A stretch of DNA of 64,000 nt from Marsupella aquatica. Taxonomy: Eukaryota; Plantae; Marchantiophyta. The DNA lies in the NCBI GenBank assembly GCA_973895155.1, contig OZ316893.1, forward strand, positions 9,737,560 through 9,801,559, in the 5' to 3' direction. Below the pieces are notes generated by a model. The model was not told where the DNA came from. It did no database searches and was given only the letters and a program-made list of their open reading frames with translations. This document shows, one piece after another, positions 11,735 through 25,202 of this stretch. The first letter of the stretch is position 1. Every line of letters begins with the position of its first letter. The position numbers and the translations under genes are program-made.

Positions 11735-13700
11735 CAGACATACACACTTATAAATATTTATTTGATGGAGTTGCGGACGAGAGGGGAATTCCATTGGGAC
11801 TCATTTACTTTTGTGCTCGATGAGTATTAAGAAGACAGCGTGCATCTGCGGTTCGCTCCCCTCATCAAGCCAGCTCAATTCTGGCAAACTGGACGGCAGC
11901 AATCTTCAAAACTTGTGAACGAGTTCAGGGCTATCAACTTGTACAAGTTCATTGCGCCCAGGGCCAGCATCCAAAACTGGAACTTATAACAAACCCAAGT
12001 TGCACAACTTACAGCTGAAATAACTTTCTCAACCTAATCTACTTCAAGCTCGAGGGTTGGATACACCTCCCATTCTGTCAAGCTGGGCAATTGTAAAGGA
12101 TGCAAAAGTTTGCCCGACTTACCTGCAAACATGGATTCCCTAGCGACCTCCTTGGAATCTGCGGATGCATTTGTATCTGTGGGGGACGCGAGACTTCTCT
12201 CACTCATACTGCTGAATAGCCTTTCAGGGTCGGAAACAACCTGAATGAGCGGTTCGTTAAGTGTTGACCATTCCCACTGGGAAAGATAGTCAGGCCCTAC
12301 TCATTGCTGAAATTTGAATATCCCAACTGGAAGGTTGGGCAGTAGGGCACTGTATTCCAGCCAAAATGGAACATTCTCATCTGGAAGCTGAGGTGGTTGG
12401 ATTCTCCCTTCGACGAGAACCCTAGCGATGCTTTCTCCTCGACTGTTTGGGTCTCCTCCCTAAATTTCTAGGACCCTAAATTTTCTCCTAATGTTTTTGT
12501 GAAATGTTCGTGTACACACCTTGGCTTTCATAATTATGCGTGGACGGAATTCTCTTTCATCTCATCGATGTTCGATAGTGTGAACGCCCTTCAAACTTGT
12601 TCTTGTACTACCTTCTAATTAAGGTTTAACAGAAACGTTTTGCAGCGTTGAATATCACAAATTTGGGCTTTGCTTTTCGCTGGTGGGGTTTTGTACCTTT
12701 TGTCCCCAAAAGTTAACTGCATATACACTGGGATGGGCTTTTGAAACAATTGGAATTCTGGGATTTTTTGTGTTCTTTGCATCGCGGAGAAAGCAGTCTC
12801 AAGTGATGTGCATAGATTTGTAGTTTCCTGTTTCTCTAAAGATGAATGCGCGCGTCAGATTTGTCTTCCTGCAGAAAAACCTCAATCCAAAATCAAACTA
12901 GTGTATGGCACAACGAGGACACTCCCGTGCTGATCGTCTGACCGAAAGTCGAACCACCTAGTGGAGATAATTGGGTGGTGAAGACAATCAGAGTTGAGAA
13001 GTGTTGCCCCTGGTCTTGTTTGCGATTGCTCGTGTAGTTGTCCGGATCTAATGATTGTCAGAGATCAATATTTGATGTGATGTTTCCTCTGATCCTTCAT
13101 GCTCTTGAATTTACGAGGTACCGGCAGGCAGAACATTGAAGCAGTTTTTGTCCCCACCCGAAACCACAGTAAGGTCTAGAAAGATTGGTAATTCTGAAAA
13201 GATTCGATCAGTATGTATGGGCCGGGATACGGGCACAGCTGCACAGGCAAATCGGTACTCGTTGTGTGCCTCATTTCAATCAGTTTTCATGCTGGAGTCA
13301 AATGTGCTCTGGAGGATCCCTTCCTTGCGTAGCCTCACGACGTAAGCAAGTCCTCGAGAGTCTGAAACAAAGCTAATGTTTTCTTCCTGACGTAAAATTT
13401 TCTTCCTGTCCTGGTCGGTGTTGTACCTGGATGATTGGTTATATTTATCTAAGTAATAAGAGCCCTAAATCCTTTGAGAAGACGCGAAGCTGCAGTCAGG
13501 TGCAGTAGCACAGCAGGTGACATGACCATCCTCTCGATTTTGCGCTCCTGATGAAAGCTTACTGCTGGTCATCCAGTCCAACATCGAATCAACACTTTCT
13601 CACTGCCCAGCCCGACGTTCTTGTCTCTTTCCACAAGGATTGAAGGGGACCAGCTCTGTCGGGGCCTGCTCCACTACTGTACCTAGATGCTGGAAACCCA

Positions 13701-16700
13701 TTACTCGAATAGAAAAGAGAAGATGCTTTTACCTTCTACAAAATGGTTGGCGACTTTGGGAGGATGACTTTGCTCCTGCACAGCCGCCGATTTGCTGCAG
13801 CTGGCTGAGACGGGAGTCAGCTGAGGGTCTAAACCATTAGAATTAGCCCCCAATAACCAGCAGTGTTCTCCTCCGTCGTTAGCCTCTCTGCTTACATTTC
13901 TTGAGTTGTTAGTGCGAAGACGGGTAGATGCATGGAAAAAGGTGGTACTATCACTAGCTGAAGTTCCCGCCGTAGATTTTGGTAGCTCAGTCGCAGTCAC
14001 ATCTTTTTCTGCCCCGAATGCCCAGAAGGGTTCTCCTCCTCCTTTAGCCTCTCTGTCTATATTCCCGGAGTTGATTGTTAAAAGACCCGGAGATGTAGGG
14101 AAATACTTGGCAGTGTCACTAGCTGACGTCCCCGCCGTAGATGTTGGTAACTCACTAGAAGTCCCAAATATGCTGTTGGAACAGCCAGAGCCTTGACCAT
14201 CCCTGTTCGACTCCCTTCGCAATTGAATATCCTTAGCAAGATGATCGAGGTCACTAGCAAGAGGTCTTTCTCCCACATGGGGAAGCACGAGCCTTCTCTT
14301 GAACTGACCTCCTTCTGAAGACTGGGTTGTACCATTCATAACATTCCGAATGTTCCCATCAGTTACTACTCTGGTGGACGAGTAAGGACGTTTGTTCTGC
14401 ATAGCTATTGATCCGGAAATTTGGACAATCTCTTCCGGTCTTTTAGTTGCATTCGCAGCGCAAGCGAATACGCTGCCATTATCCGAGAGAGAAGATTGAG
14501 CATTGCAGGTGCCGGGGCAGGTGCTGAGCTCCGCGTGATGCGCTTTGCCATTCTCGAAGTTGGAATGGTCCGTCTGCGTTCCCTGCACTAATGAGGATAC
14601 CTGTTGATGAGAGCTAACGTCGTGGTCTAACCCTTCGTCGTAATCGTAAGATTCATGTGATGCCTGGTGCATTCCAGTTTCAGCATCACTATCTGCGTCC
14701 AGGCTCTTTTCACTGATTACACTCCTGTGAAAGCTCTCTGGAAATTTAGCCTCAATCTCTTTTGTAGTTGGACCACTCGTGGCTATTCTACTTCCACACT
14801 TTCCTACGTCAGTCGCCGCTGTTGCTATCGCTGACCTTGACAGTTGCTTTAGAGAATTTTGGTTTGCTAAAAAGTGGTCTTGAAGAAATTTCGGGCTGAC
14901 TAGCACAGGAGGAAATTCCAGGTTCCGTTCTATTGCTTGCTTGATAGTGGACTGCTTCAGCGAAGATAATTGAACCTGAGGAAGTACAACCGGTGGAGAC
15001 TGTTTCTCCGCTGCAAGTCGTTTCTTTCGCTCCCGCTTCTGAGCCCCTTCATTTCCAGTGGAGACCTTGGCTGCTTCAACAATGCTGCTATCGGATATAT
15101 TATTGAAATGATCTATGCCCACTGCACGCAGTAGTCGAAAAGATAAGTAACCGTCGACTAGAAGATGGTAAACAAATCCAGAATGATATCAAATGTTGAA
15201 AGCGGGCCAGGAATGAAGACGATCATGATTCTAAAGCAAAGAGCTAAAATTGAATGATTGACGTATCGGAATGTGCAACAGAACAATGCGAAAAGGAGAA
15301 CGCTACCGAATTCTTCGCAGATTAGAGCTGCACTGGCCCTATTTTTGGAGTACACTGCAACCGGGTACGGGCTGCAAGATAGTCGAGCACAGTCATCAAC
15401 TAGCAATCAAATCATTTTAAGGGCAGTGGATCTCATCTTGATTGGAAAGATGAAAAATTGTGATACTCAATGCAGTTTCAAAATTCAGGCAGGTAGTTTT
15501 AAGGCTTTCAGGGCTTCAGGATCCCGTGAAGCTTATATCGTAATAATCTCTATTGTCTGCTCGATATCTTTAACCCAAAATCATCGAAGTTTGGAACGAC
15601 CCTCACAAAACAGTTGACTTGCGGCAGCAAACATAGGATCGAGTGTTGACAGGTAATCAGTTGCCCTTCAAACTCGGTCAAATGGCAGTGATAATCAATC
15701 TTCACATTGTTCCCCACAAACCTGCTAAATTGATCGAGCCTGATACACATTCAAACGTAGTAAGTCACAAGGGTCAGTAACTAGCTCCAATCAGACAATG
15801 ATGATAAATCAGTTTCATTGGGTAATTGAGCCGATGATTTTTGTACTGTAGGTACCTGATTCGTTCGTGAAACAAAATAAGATTCTCGAAGTCATCCCCT
15901 ATGATCTGATTACCCACGCGAAATGCCGTGCCACGCCACGGATCAGTCAAGAAGCAGGTCAAATCTGACCCCATATAGAGAGTACTAGCAAGCAACGAGC
16001 AAACAACATGGATGTTTGTGATGCGATTCTCTTTCCTTCTGAATATCATGATTGGCGTCAATGTGCTTACGGTGGCTATTATAAGTCAGTCTAATAAATA
16101 CATTGGGCGAGTATTTTTTGGAGGGGACTTTTCAGGCCTTTGTAACTTGGTATACTGAAATATGGTGGAGGTGAGGCTTGGCTCCGCTCCATTCTTACCA
16201 GATCCGCCATGTGCCACTTGTTGCTTGTCTTAGGTGGGGAGGTGCGATTCAGTTCCAAGGTAAACTCGTTCTTACCCCCAACTTGGAATCCAGTTTGACG
16301 AATCGAGAGGTCCACTTCGGGTGGCAGTGCAGTGCTTAGTGATTCTTTCAGCTGGTCCCCGTATGGAAACCGACGGCCTGTTATCAGTTCTAAGTGTCGA
16401 GGATCTGCACTTGCCAGCTTCTGAAACGAATCGATGCCTGCTGTCTGAAAAGTCTGCCTTGTTCGATGCAAGTTTTGAAGTTAGGTACTTAAAGTTCACC
16501 AAGCTAGGCCGCGCAGTGCGTGGGGTCATTAATGGCCTAAAAAGGGTTCAGTTGCAATCGAATTGTATCATGCAAATTTTCGACAGCGAAATGAGCACCT
16601 TGACTGTTACTGCACCAATGCCGGGGAGCTGCTTGAGCTGGTGAGCGCTATCATCCCAGAGTCGTTGTCGGAGGCACTTTGCTAGCAGCAAGGAATTTTT

Positions 16701-19700
16701 CGTTTCCTTGTACCTCTTCATGAATTTGAAATAGTCACCCATACACCGTGCTATTCGGGCACCATTTGTGCAGATGCTGTTAACGTCCTGTCCCGCCAAA
16801 ATCATGTAAAGCGCGCCGGGGAATGGAGGATGAGACCAACTTACTATCAGATGCCTTTCAAGACAAACACCACCATTCTCGCTTGACTCTTCGCTACAAT
16901 TAGTGGGGCTTGATCATTAAATGCTAGCGTTTCATTGTAGACCGAGTATCCGACTTAAGACTAGATTTGCTTGCGGACTGTGTCGCGAGAGGGAGAGATA
17001 CCTGACTCATGGTGAAGTCGATTGTAGAAGGCTCGTCGGATAGGACATCGTTCACCAATAAAAAGATTTTCTCATCATAAGTTTGAATACGCTTCTTTGT
17101 CTTTCCATTTGGCCCCAAGACGTGAAACTTTATTCTTCCACTGCTGTCCTGATTGATGGCATTCAGTAATTTCTTCTCATGCCGCCTTAGCTGGATCCCT
17201 GAGACAGTCAAACGCATCTAACTTGTCATGAGCTTCTGCACATGATCCTGTTTTACGTTTCTAAGCTATCTCATGCTTGTGCAGTTTATGGCCAATGTGT
17301 GCCAACTTTGAGTGACTCCAGGCAGCCCGACAGAGTCGATGAATGACTGAGTGCAAATTCATGGCCATAGACGCAAAATTGGACAAAGGGACTCACAAAG
17401 ACTCGTAGATGGGATGGAAGAGGCTTAGTGAACGTACAGCATAACTCCTGTGCCTTAGCTAGAGAACGGAGTAGTTCCGCGATTTCACTTTGATCAGAAA
17501 TCTCAGTTATTGTCTTCATTGTTTCGAAATTTAAGTAGTACTTTGCCATCAGCTTTCCGGGCTCTACACTCCACCGAAAGTTCAGAAGTGCATCCGCATT
17601 GCGTTAAAAGATAGTTGCACTAATCCTAGGCAGATAGAACAGATACTTTGCAAAAGAAACCTTTGAGGTGGAATGGTCACCAATCTCAGATCTCTATGCC
17701 AAAACATCTTTCGGATAACTCAGTCTAGAGGAAAGGCGGGAGGAAGGGTCGACAGTGTAGAATTGACTGAATACTTAAGAAGCCAGAGGGGGCGCCACGT
17801 CATACTGTGTTGTAATTTTATCACATTTTTATGACTGTCTCCCTAAAGCAATGCAGCCCTTTCACTCTAGAATATCCTCTGTACTACCCCCTATGTGTAT
17901 CAGCAGGGGTTGGACTCGCAGTGCAATCTGACGGAAAAATCCTGAAAGACAGCTCTTTATTGCCCCAGGTCAGTCTTTGTCACTTTTTAGTTACCCACTG
18001 ACACGAATCGGGACACGAATAGCGATACATACACTACCGTCAAGCATTCTCTGTACTACGGTAGCCGCATTGATTACTGTTCTTGATTGAGGTACCCGTT
18101 TCAAGGGTCGATGCCTAAAGACAAGTCGATTACCACGAGGCTTGAGAGTAAACCCATACTCATCCGTCAGAACCATCCCGAATTGAGCTAGCTCATTGAC
18201 TGTCTTCAAACAGATTCCTGTACCAACCGGCAAGTGCTGGTTTGGTTCGCCGGTATGAAGTGAAGTGAAGTGAAGTGAAGTTAAGTGAAGTGAAGTGAAT
18301 GATATTCAAAAGCGGGATAATACTAACGCATGACTATCAAGAACATTCAATTCTTGTATTCCAAATGACAACATTAGGATGCGAGAACATAAAGTTCTCA
18401 AATCCTTGAAGGATGATTAACATATCATATATGTACCTTTCATGTGTTTCACCATCTGACTTTCTGTAAACCCTTTCTCAATCTTGTAACGTTCTGGATG
18501 CTGAACCAAACAGTGACCATGTGTACGCGTCAAAGTGGTTAAAGTCTCTGACGTGCGAGCTTGACATTTGTGCATGCAGTCGCGACTCTCAATAGGCCAC
18601 CTACTGATAATTATGAGAAAGACCAAGCTCGAAATCAAGGAGACATACCTTTCTCATCCGTACATACAAGTAAGAGCATTTAAGCCATTCGATTGCGAGA
18701 CTAACATCAGACACTGTCATCAGAACTATCTCTGCATTCAAGTGCTCTGCAATGGACGGCAGCAACCTGCCGTTCACACGTTCAAGTAAATTCTAATCTC
18801 AGAAAGCAGGACTGCTGAGAATTATGGCTTGAAGTTTGTTTTCTGTTTCGTCAATAGAAGTGAACGTGCTTAATTTCAGAGATACTGTCAGAAATGTTTT
18901 TGCTCCAGTTTTCGCAGTTAACTTACTCCGACTCTACTGGTTCGGATCCGGACAAAATGTTCTCGTAGAGATGTACCTGGAAAACAACAACCGCTCCATC
19001 ATCATAGCAAAGTATTCCAAATTGCAAGCCTAGCTACTGGTCTTATAGTACATATCGTTGCTGGAGTCGATGTTCTACTTCATAAAACCATAAGATCTTA
19101 GACGAGCCGAAGGCGGAAGTTCAAGCCCAGGCTATAAAATGATCACAGGTTTCCTATACTAATACAAGCAATGTGGCTTCTGTACATAAACAATTTAAAC
19201 TTCGTGATCTAAATTCGAAGTTCAAGGAATATCACTGATGTAACCAACTATAATATATAATTCTTTCGGGCGAAGTCTAAGATAGACTCGAACTAAGTAT
19301 ATGTATAACATGATCGTGTCAACGGACCACATCTTACAGTTTCGTTTCTTGTCATCAGTACAACAACTCCGGAGTCATCAAACTGGGGGCGGCCCGCGCG
19401 CCCACACATCTACCGAGCAAACACACGAATCTGATATGAGCTCATAGTTACAACTTCCATCGCTTAAGGCCCACACAAGTAACAACATCAATCTGGAGGC
19501 AGGAAATTTGCAGGAAGCTCATCTATGCTGACGTATACAATTTGATATTTGATTTCATTCAATTGACGTTTAACAAACAACGATTCCAAGAGTCAGGTAG
19601 AAATTTGCATGTTTTCGTTCGATCCGGTCGGAGGCTCGTCTACAGTGGTGTATTCAATCTTTGAAAGACAAGCAGCATGTTTCGGGATCATAAATGAGAT

Positions 19701-22700
19701 TTGACTGCGAGCTAGCTTTGGAGTCGGAATTTAATACCTGAAGCAAGGTTGACCGCTGATGCTCCACATATCTTCCCTTTTCCTTGTTACTAAATAACAC
19801 GATATTCACGCCAATTACTGTTAGATGTACAGAAGAGGATGACCGAAACAGCATGACTTAGTGCCCGGAAGCACAATTGAGCCCGGAAGCACAATTGAGC
19901 ATTGTCGATCTGGTCACAGTGACTAGCAAAATCTATGAAAGCTATTGGGAACATCTGTTAGATATTGCCGTGATCATATCCTTTCTCACTAACTAGAAAT
20001 TTAAAAGAATGTAGCGAAAGCGACGAGCATACAATTGTACATAATTATGGGAGTCGATTATGGAGATACCAACAAACTCTAAGGTGGGACGCGCGTACTT
20101 GAAATGGATTAAAAAGTGGCCTGTTGTAAAATAAAATTAAAAATTAAAGGGCCTGTGGTCACTCACTAGAACTGGGTAGATTTGATGACTACCAAATGGG
20201 CAGGAAAGTTCACCCCTTGGGCAAGAGTACTAGTTGTGCAAAGCACTTGTAAATCACACTTCAAGAACAGCCCTTCTACGAGCGCACGATCCGCTGCACC
20301 GAGTCCTCCATTGTGATAAGCCACTGCAAACAGCGGGCAGATATGAATATCGATATTAACAACTTCCGATTTGCAACTTCGTCCTCGTAATGTCCTGTAG
20401 TGCATCCACACACCAATATTAAATTATCGACGACACGAAGCTCTCTTCTAATGTAGTGAATTACTAATTGTGACCAGAAAACAGACCTCTGAAATTGAGA
20501 TTAAGCATACTTAATTAACTAGTACTCGTTAGGAAGTTCTTGCGGTAAAAGATAGCTTTTCTGTTTCGCCAGTCACTAATGAACCCGTGTCTAAGACAAC
20601 GAATTACCTCCGCTTCGTATGCATGTGGGTATATTTTTGTCAACTGCTCCGGTAGCAGCCAGCTGCAACCGGTCGAATTGCTCCTGGCTCTTGATGAACG
20701 GGTTATGAGCACCAGGTTTGCTTACTGTTTCGGCTAGAATGAGAGCAGCATCCTGGGCGCCTTTCCGCGTGCAACAAAAGACCAGACTAGGCTTTCCTCC
20801 GGAATGTTGAAGGATAACATCTTAAAGAGACGGAGCAAGTCTGATTTAGAAGACGAGAATTGTGCACTTCAACTGCAAAATAATCCTTAGGTTCCGATAA
20901 TAGTATACAGCTATCCTAAATGTTTCACTCGCGAACCAGCCCCAAACAGCTTTTTCAACCTAATGTAGAAGTTTCGGGTTTCATGGAAGGGACAAAAATT
21001 AAATGCTTCTTACCATAGAGGAAGTTTTGTAATCTCTGATACAACCCATGGCAAGCCAACCGTCAGATTTTGCAGGCTTGAACTCGAACACCGTCCGGCA
21101 GTATCGATCAAAAGTTTGTTTTAAGATGGATTCACTCAGTCCTGGCAGTGAGGTTTCAATTGGTAGATTCTCTGCTTTGACCCGGCCCTCGTTCAGGTGG
21201 GAAAGTAGAATTTGGGACAACAGATACGGTCTGTTTGGAGATGTTGCCGACTTATTATAACAGACGGCATGCATGGAGCAAGGAGTGGATGAATAATTGA
21301 ATGACCAGGCTAACGTTACAGCTGCAACTGGTCGTAGTCTAACCGTAATTATGATCGATAGGTCTAAAAACGGTAAATGCGTACCTTCTCAAAAAGATAG
21401 TCATTCTTGGCTGCACCGTATCCTACACGATCAATACAAAATCATTGAAGGAATTTAGTAGAAAACTCATGAGTGGACTGTCTGGTAAATATAAATGGCC
21501 GGACAGGAGCGTATCAAATTCAGGGAAGAATGCTGAAATGTCATTACCAGTTCTGAAATATCGCAAGGCTTTCAATGTCCACAGAAAGTACTGTAAAGAG
21601 GGAGGTAACGAAGGAGAGCTCGCCTAATTGTCAAAAGGCTCTGTCCGATGTGACAAGATTTAGAAGTCTTTATTTGAACCCGAAACAATATTTGGTTAAT
21701 TTCCGAAACATCATGATCAGCTGTTGCTACAATGTGATATTCTTTTTAGTGACGCATATCGATAGTGTCTCCAATGGATTAGCGACCCTTTTTTGCAGAA
21801 AGCCACAAAGAAGCAAGAATCTGGCTCTCTTGCAACGCGAAACTCAAGAAGACTCCCGATATATATCCTAAGCAACATGATCAAGCATGCAAGGACAGTA
21901 TTGTAGATGTTAATGATATGTGCTCCTTAGAGTATTTCACAAACGTCTAAATTAGTAAAGATATTAACTAGGAAATGTAAATGGTTCCGTCATTCGGCAT
22001 AAGAACATTACCGTAAACCTTCGTTATAAGTTTAACAGGACGCATTTCTTCTCCGAACCTGCCATTAAGTATTAAGGGCAAGATGTAAACAACTGCAGCT
22101 GAATGTCCTTAAGTTTTAAGCCTCATGGACTTTGATATGACATGTAAGGACGCTGGCTGCACAAGAGATGAGAATGAAGGATCTGAGCGACTCGGGGGAT
22201 CCGTTGTACCCGGATTACAATGCCATCTGACCTGACCTTTTGATTCCTCGCTGAGGAACTCCGAGCCATTCAGCTGCACCCAGAAACAAGCTTAGAAGCG
22301 AAGAGGAAGATAAATGTTTCGAATATGAGAAGTGGAGCTAGGTACTTCTAATCAGTGTCTGGACTAAAAATCATGCGTACTATTCAGATTGATAGGGAGG
22401 AAAGGAATTACGGTAGATTTCGTCTTCATAAGTAGATTTTTTGGGTAGGGAACTGTGATTTTGTCCGGTCCAAATACTTACCAAGATCTTCGATGTTGGG
22501 AATAGTAGCTGAGACAGCCACGAAGCGAATTCTAGCGATTGGACTAGCCTTCAGCTCCGGGGATCGACACAGCATTTTGATCCTGCTCACAACAGCCTCC
22601 AAAGATGCGCCTCGTGAATCGTTGAGTAGGTGGACTTCATCGATGAAAACTAAGGCTATGTCTCCAAAAAAGCCTACACCTCCATGATCGCGGTGATTTC

Positions 22701-24261
22701 TCGTTATAGAATCGAATTTCTGTGGCCATCACGTGACGTTCACATTACAGGCACGCGGACGATAAACGACGTCGTGAGAAAGAATTGATTAATTGACTTT
22801 CATTACATGTTTGAATTCTTAGTTTGGATGAAATGCATACGCTCAGTTCAATGCAGTCTACGTTTCGTTCAGAACGGCTTGAGAGAGATGATCGTAACAC
22901 TCCGTGGTCCCTCGGTCTGTAATTGAAACCTCGCTAGGAACATGTTGACGCAAAGTTTTGACACTGAATTCTGCCTTAGAATCATCTTGACCACGTCGAA
23001 TCGAACGCATCTCGCGTCTAAAGTTATCAGTGCAGTGAACAGAGCGAGTTGTATGTCTTAGAATATCTTACTTCAGGAGTGGTCAAGATTACGTCTGTTT
23101 CTTGCATCTGGCTAGGCTTCAGGACATCGCTGTCGCCAGTTAGCTGTTGACAGACTAATCCAAGGCCTTGGCCAAACTTTTCCGTCCATTCGCGGGATTT
23201 TTCTTGAACGAGAGCTTTCATCGGAGCGATGTAAACCTGCACCAGCGAGGACTTAGGTGAGGTCGGGTCAAAGCGTGAGTACTTTGACCAGAAGGCGATA
23301 TACGAGCTCGAAACTGAACTCAACCTACTCAATATATAAGATGTCAGTTTAAATTGACAAGCTATGTCTGCTTAGGCCTAGGCAGTGTACTGCGCTTGGT
23401 AGATCGAACCAGAGTTGCGATGAATTTCAGCAACTAGAATTAGGAAGGACCTCTTAGTTCAATCCACAGCAATCAAGACCTCCAGCTAGTTTTAGTTGAA
23501 CAGATTATTCTAAAACTCCAGCTAACATTATTTGGCGCGGCTCCTGCATCCAATAATCCACTGTGTATCTGCGCGGGATCCAAGAAAATCGTATCCTTGA
23601 AAGTAATGAAATGCAAACACCTAAAATCACTTAGAACAATGAATTTGAAAGAAATTGAGTCAGAGTTACTTTTGAGAGCTAACGACAGGTAACTGGCAGG
23701 AGTGAAGGTGTTGTGTTCCATCGATTGAATCTTACAATCTTTTGACTGCCGCGAGGGTGATTCAAATGACCGGCAGGTGTGAGAGACTTGGAAAGCAGCC
23801 GCAAAATGCATAGCTCAAATATCCCCGTTTTTCCACTCCCCGTTGGTGCAGACACAACCATGTTCTCATCAGACGAATAAGCCTCGGGGAAGCATTCACT
23901 TTGAACAGCATTGAAATACCTGATCAGAATAACGCGATATCACGCGAAGAATATAAATGTGATTCAAATGCATCATTTCCATTCGAAGGTCTGTCTAGTA
24001 CACAATTACAGCATTGTCGGTAGGGTCCGAGTCATGTACGATCGACATCTGATGATATGTACAGCTCTAGTTACAATATTAACAGGCTTGAGTGAAAAGA
24101 TGATTAAACAGAAAGAGAAGTTGCTCGATTTTCCAGAAAGCATCCTAGATCAACCAGTAGTTCATGGCTATGTATACTTGCCTGTATTTGAACAGAGGCT
24201 GAAAAGAATAGGGCAATGACGAGACTGAAACCAATGAATCCCGATCATGCGGTAGAAGCAT
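13701..24261 (-). CDS. MER3: Meiotic DExH-box DNA helicase MER3 (ROCK-N-ROLLERS / HFM1), multi-exon
   Basis: Start MLLPHDRDSLVSVSSLPYSFQPLFKYR|YFNAVQSECF. Helicase motifs: Walker A SAPTGSGKT, YIAPMKALVQEK, DEVHLL, VAVSATIPNI, FCCTRKGAQ, AYHNGGL, TTSTLAQGVNFPAHLVVIKST, MCGRAGRPQFD. Sec63 region LRQRLWDDSAHQLKQLPGIG. The last exon (15121-13701) ends KSIFSFLFE*. Confidence 0.93.
18256..18300 (+). repeat. (TGAAG)n microsatellite, about 9 copies, in a MER3 intron
   Basis: tgaag repeated directly, with two variant units. Confidence 0.9.
19863..19898 (+). repeat. 18-bp perfect tandem duplication in a MER3 intron
   Basis: GCCCGGAAGCACAATTGA twice. Confidence 0.9.
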
Positions 24262-25202
24262 CGTCTCAGCGTGCGTAATGTGTGTATATCTACCAAAATC
24301 TTCTGTTACCTACAATCGATCGGAACCTGTCCAAAGAACTCGCCCATAGAGTTCCTGAGCGAAGCGAGGGAACAAAATTGTTGTCTGTCCGTCCGCAGGG
24401 AGAAATCGCAGGAGAAAGCAGAACCGGGCGAGATTAGACTGATTCTTAGTTTCTTTCACTTGCTTGTCCCACCACGAGAGCCGGGTGTCCCGATTGCCGC
24501 AGAGTCGCTGAAGTGAACTGCAGAAATTGTAGCAGTTAAAATGTCAAGTTCGAAGATCACTTAAAGCTCGAAAAGCCCGTGCACAGAGTGTTTGTAAACG
24601 TAAGATGTCTGTGCAGAGCGTTGGCAAAATGCTTAAACCTAGTTAAATTGAATGACACAAAGTATTAGTAGAGCTAAGATGCCTTCGCGGAGCTTGAGAG
24701 ATGTGTAAATCTACCGTAGTTGCGAACGAATTGATCGAGACAGAATGCTAGTAGAGCTAACATTGCTGCGCGGAGCTATGACAAAAAGCTTGAAGCTAGT
24801 TGCGAATAAATTGAGCGAATCAAACGAGCTCCCCAAAATGAACGAGTGAGAGCGAGCAAGGTAAATCTACTGCTTAGGCTGGACAAGTCGCACCTAATCA
24901 GCGGATAGTTTAGAATCATTTGCCGTCGATGTCTCGATTTTCGACATGATCATTATAACAAGTCAGCCAACTATTGATAATCAAGTTTCCCAAAAATTCT
25001 GCCAGCGACTCGATGTGGACAACGGTGATCATGGCTTCATCAAAACAGAACTTGGCAAATCATTCAGAACGCCTGACTCGCAGAATTCAAACCGTTCTCG
25101 CAATTCCTCCTCCATTCCCAATCATGTAAGAAGAAACTGATAAATTCCATCATTTCCCACTCCCTGTTTCACGTGAGGCGTAAAATTGAGTGATCAATCT
25201 GG

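Noticed and set aside
24310-24347. Alternative upstream MER3 start (MGEFFGQVPIDC)
   Set aside because: It would need an intron of only about 20 nt to join the next segment. The ATG at 24261 already yields the conserved N-terminus. At most this is a uORF.
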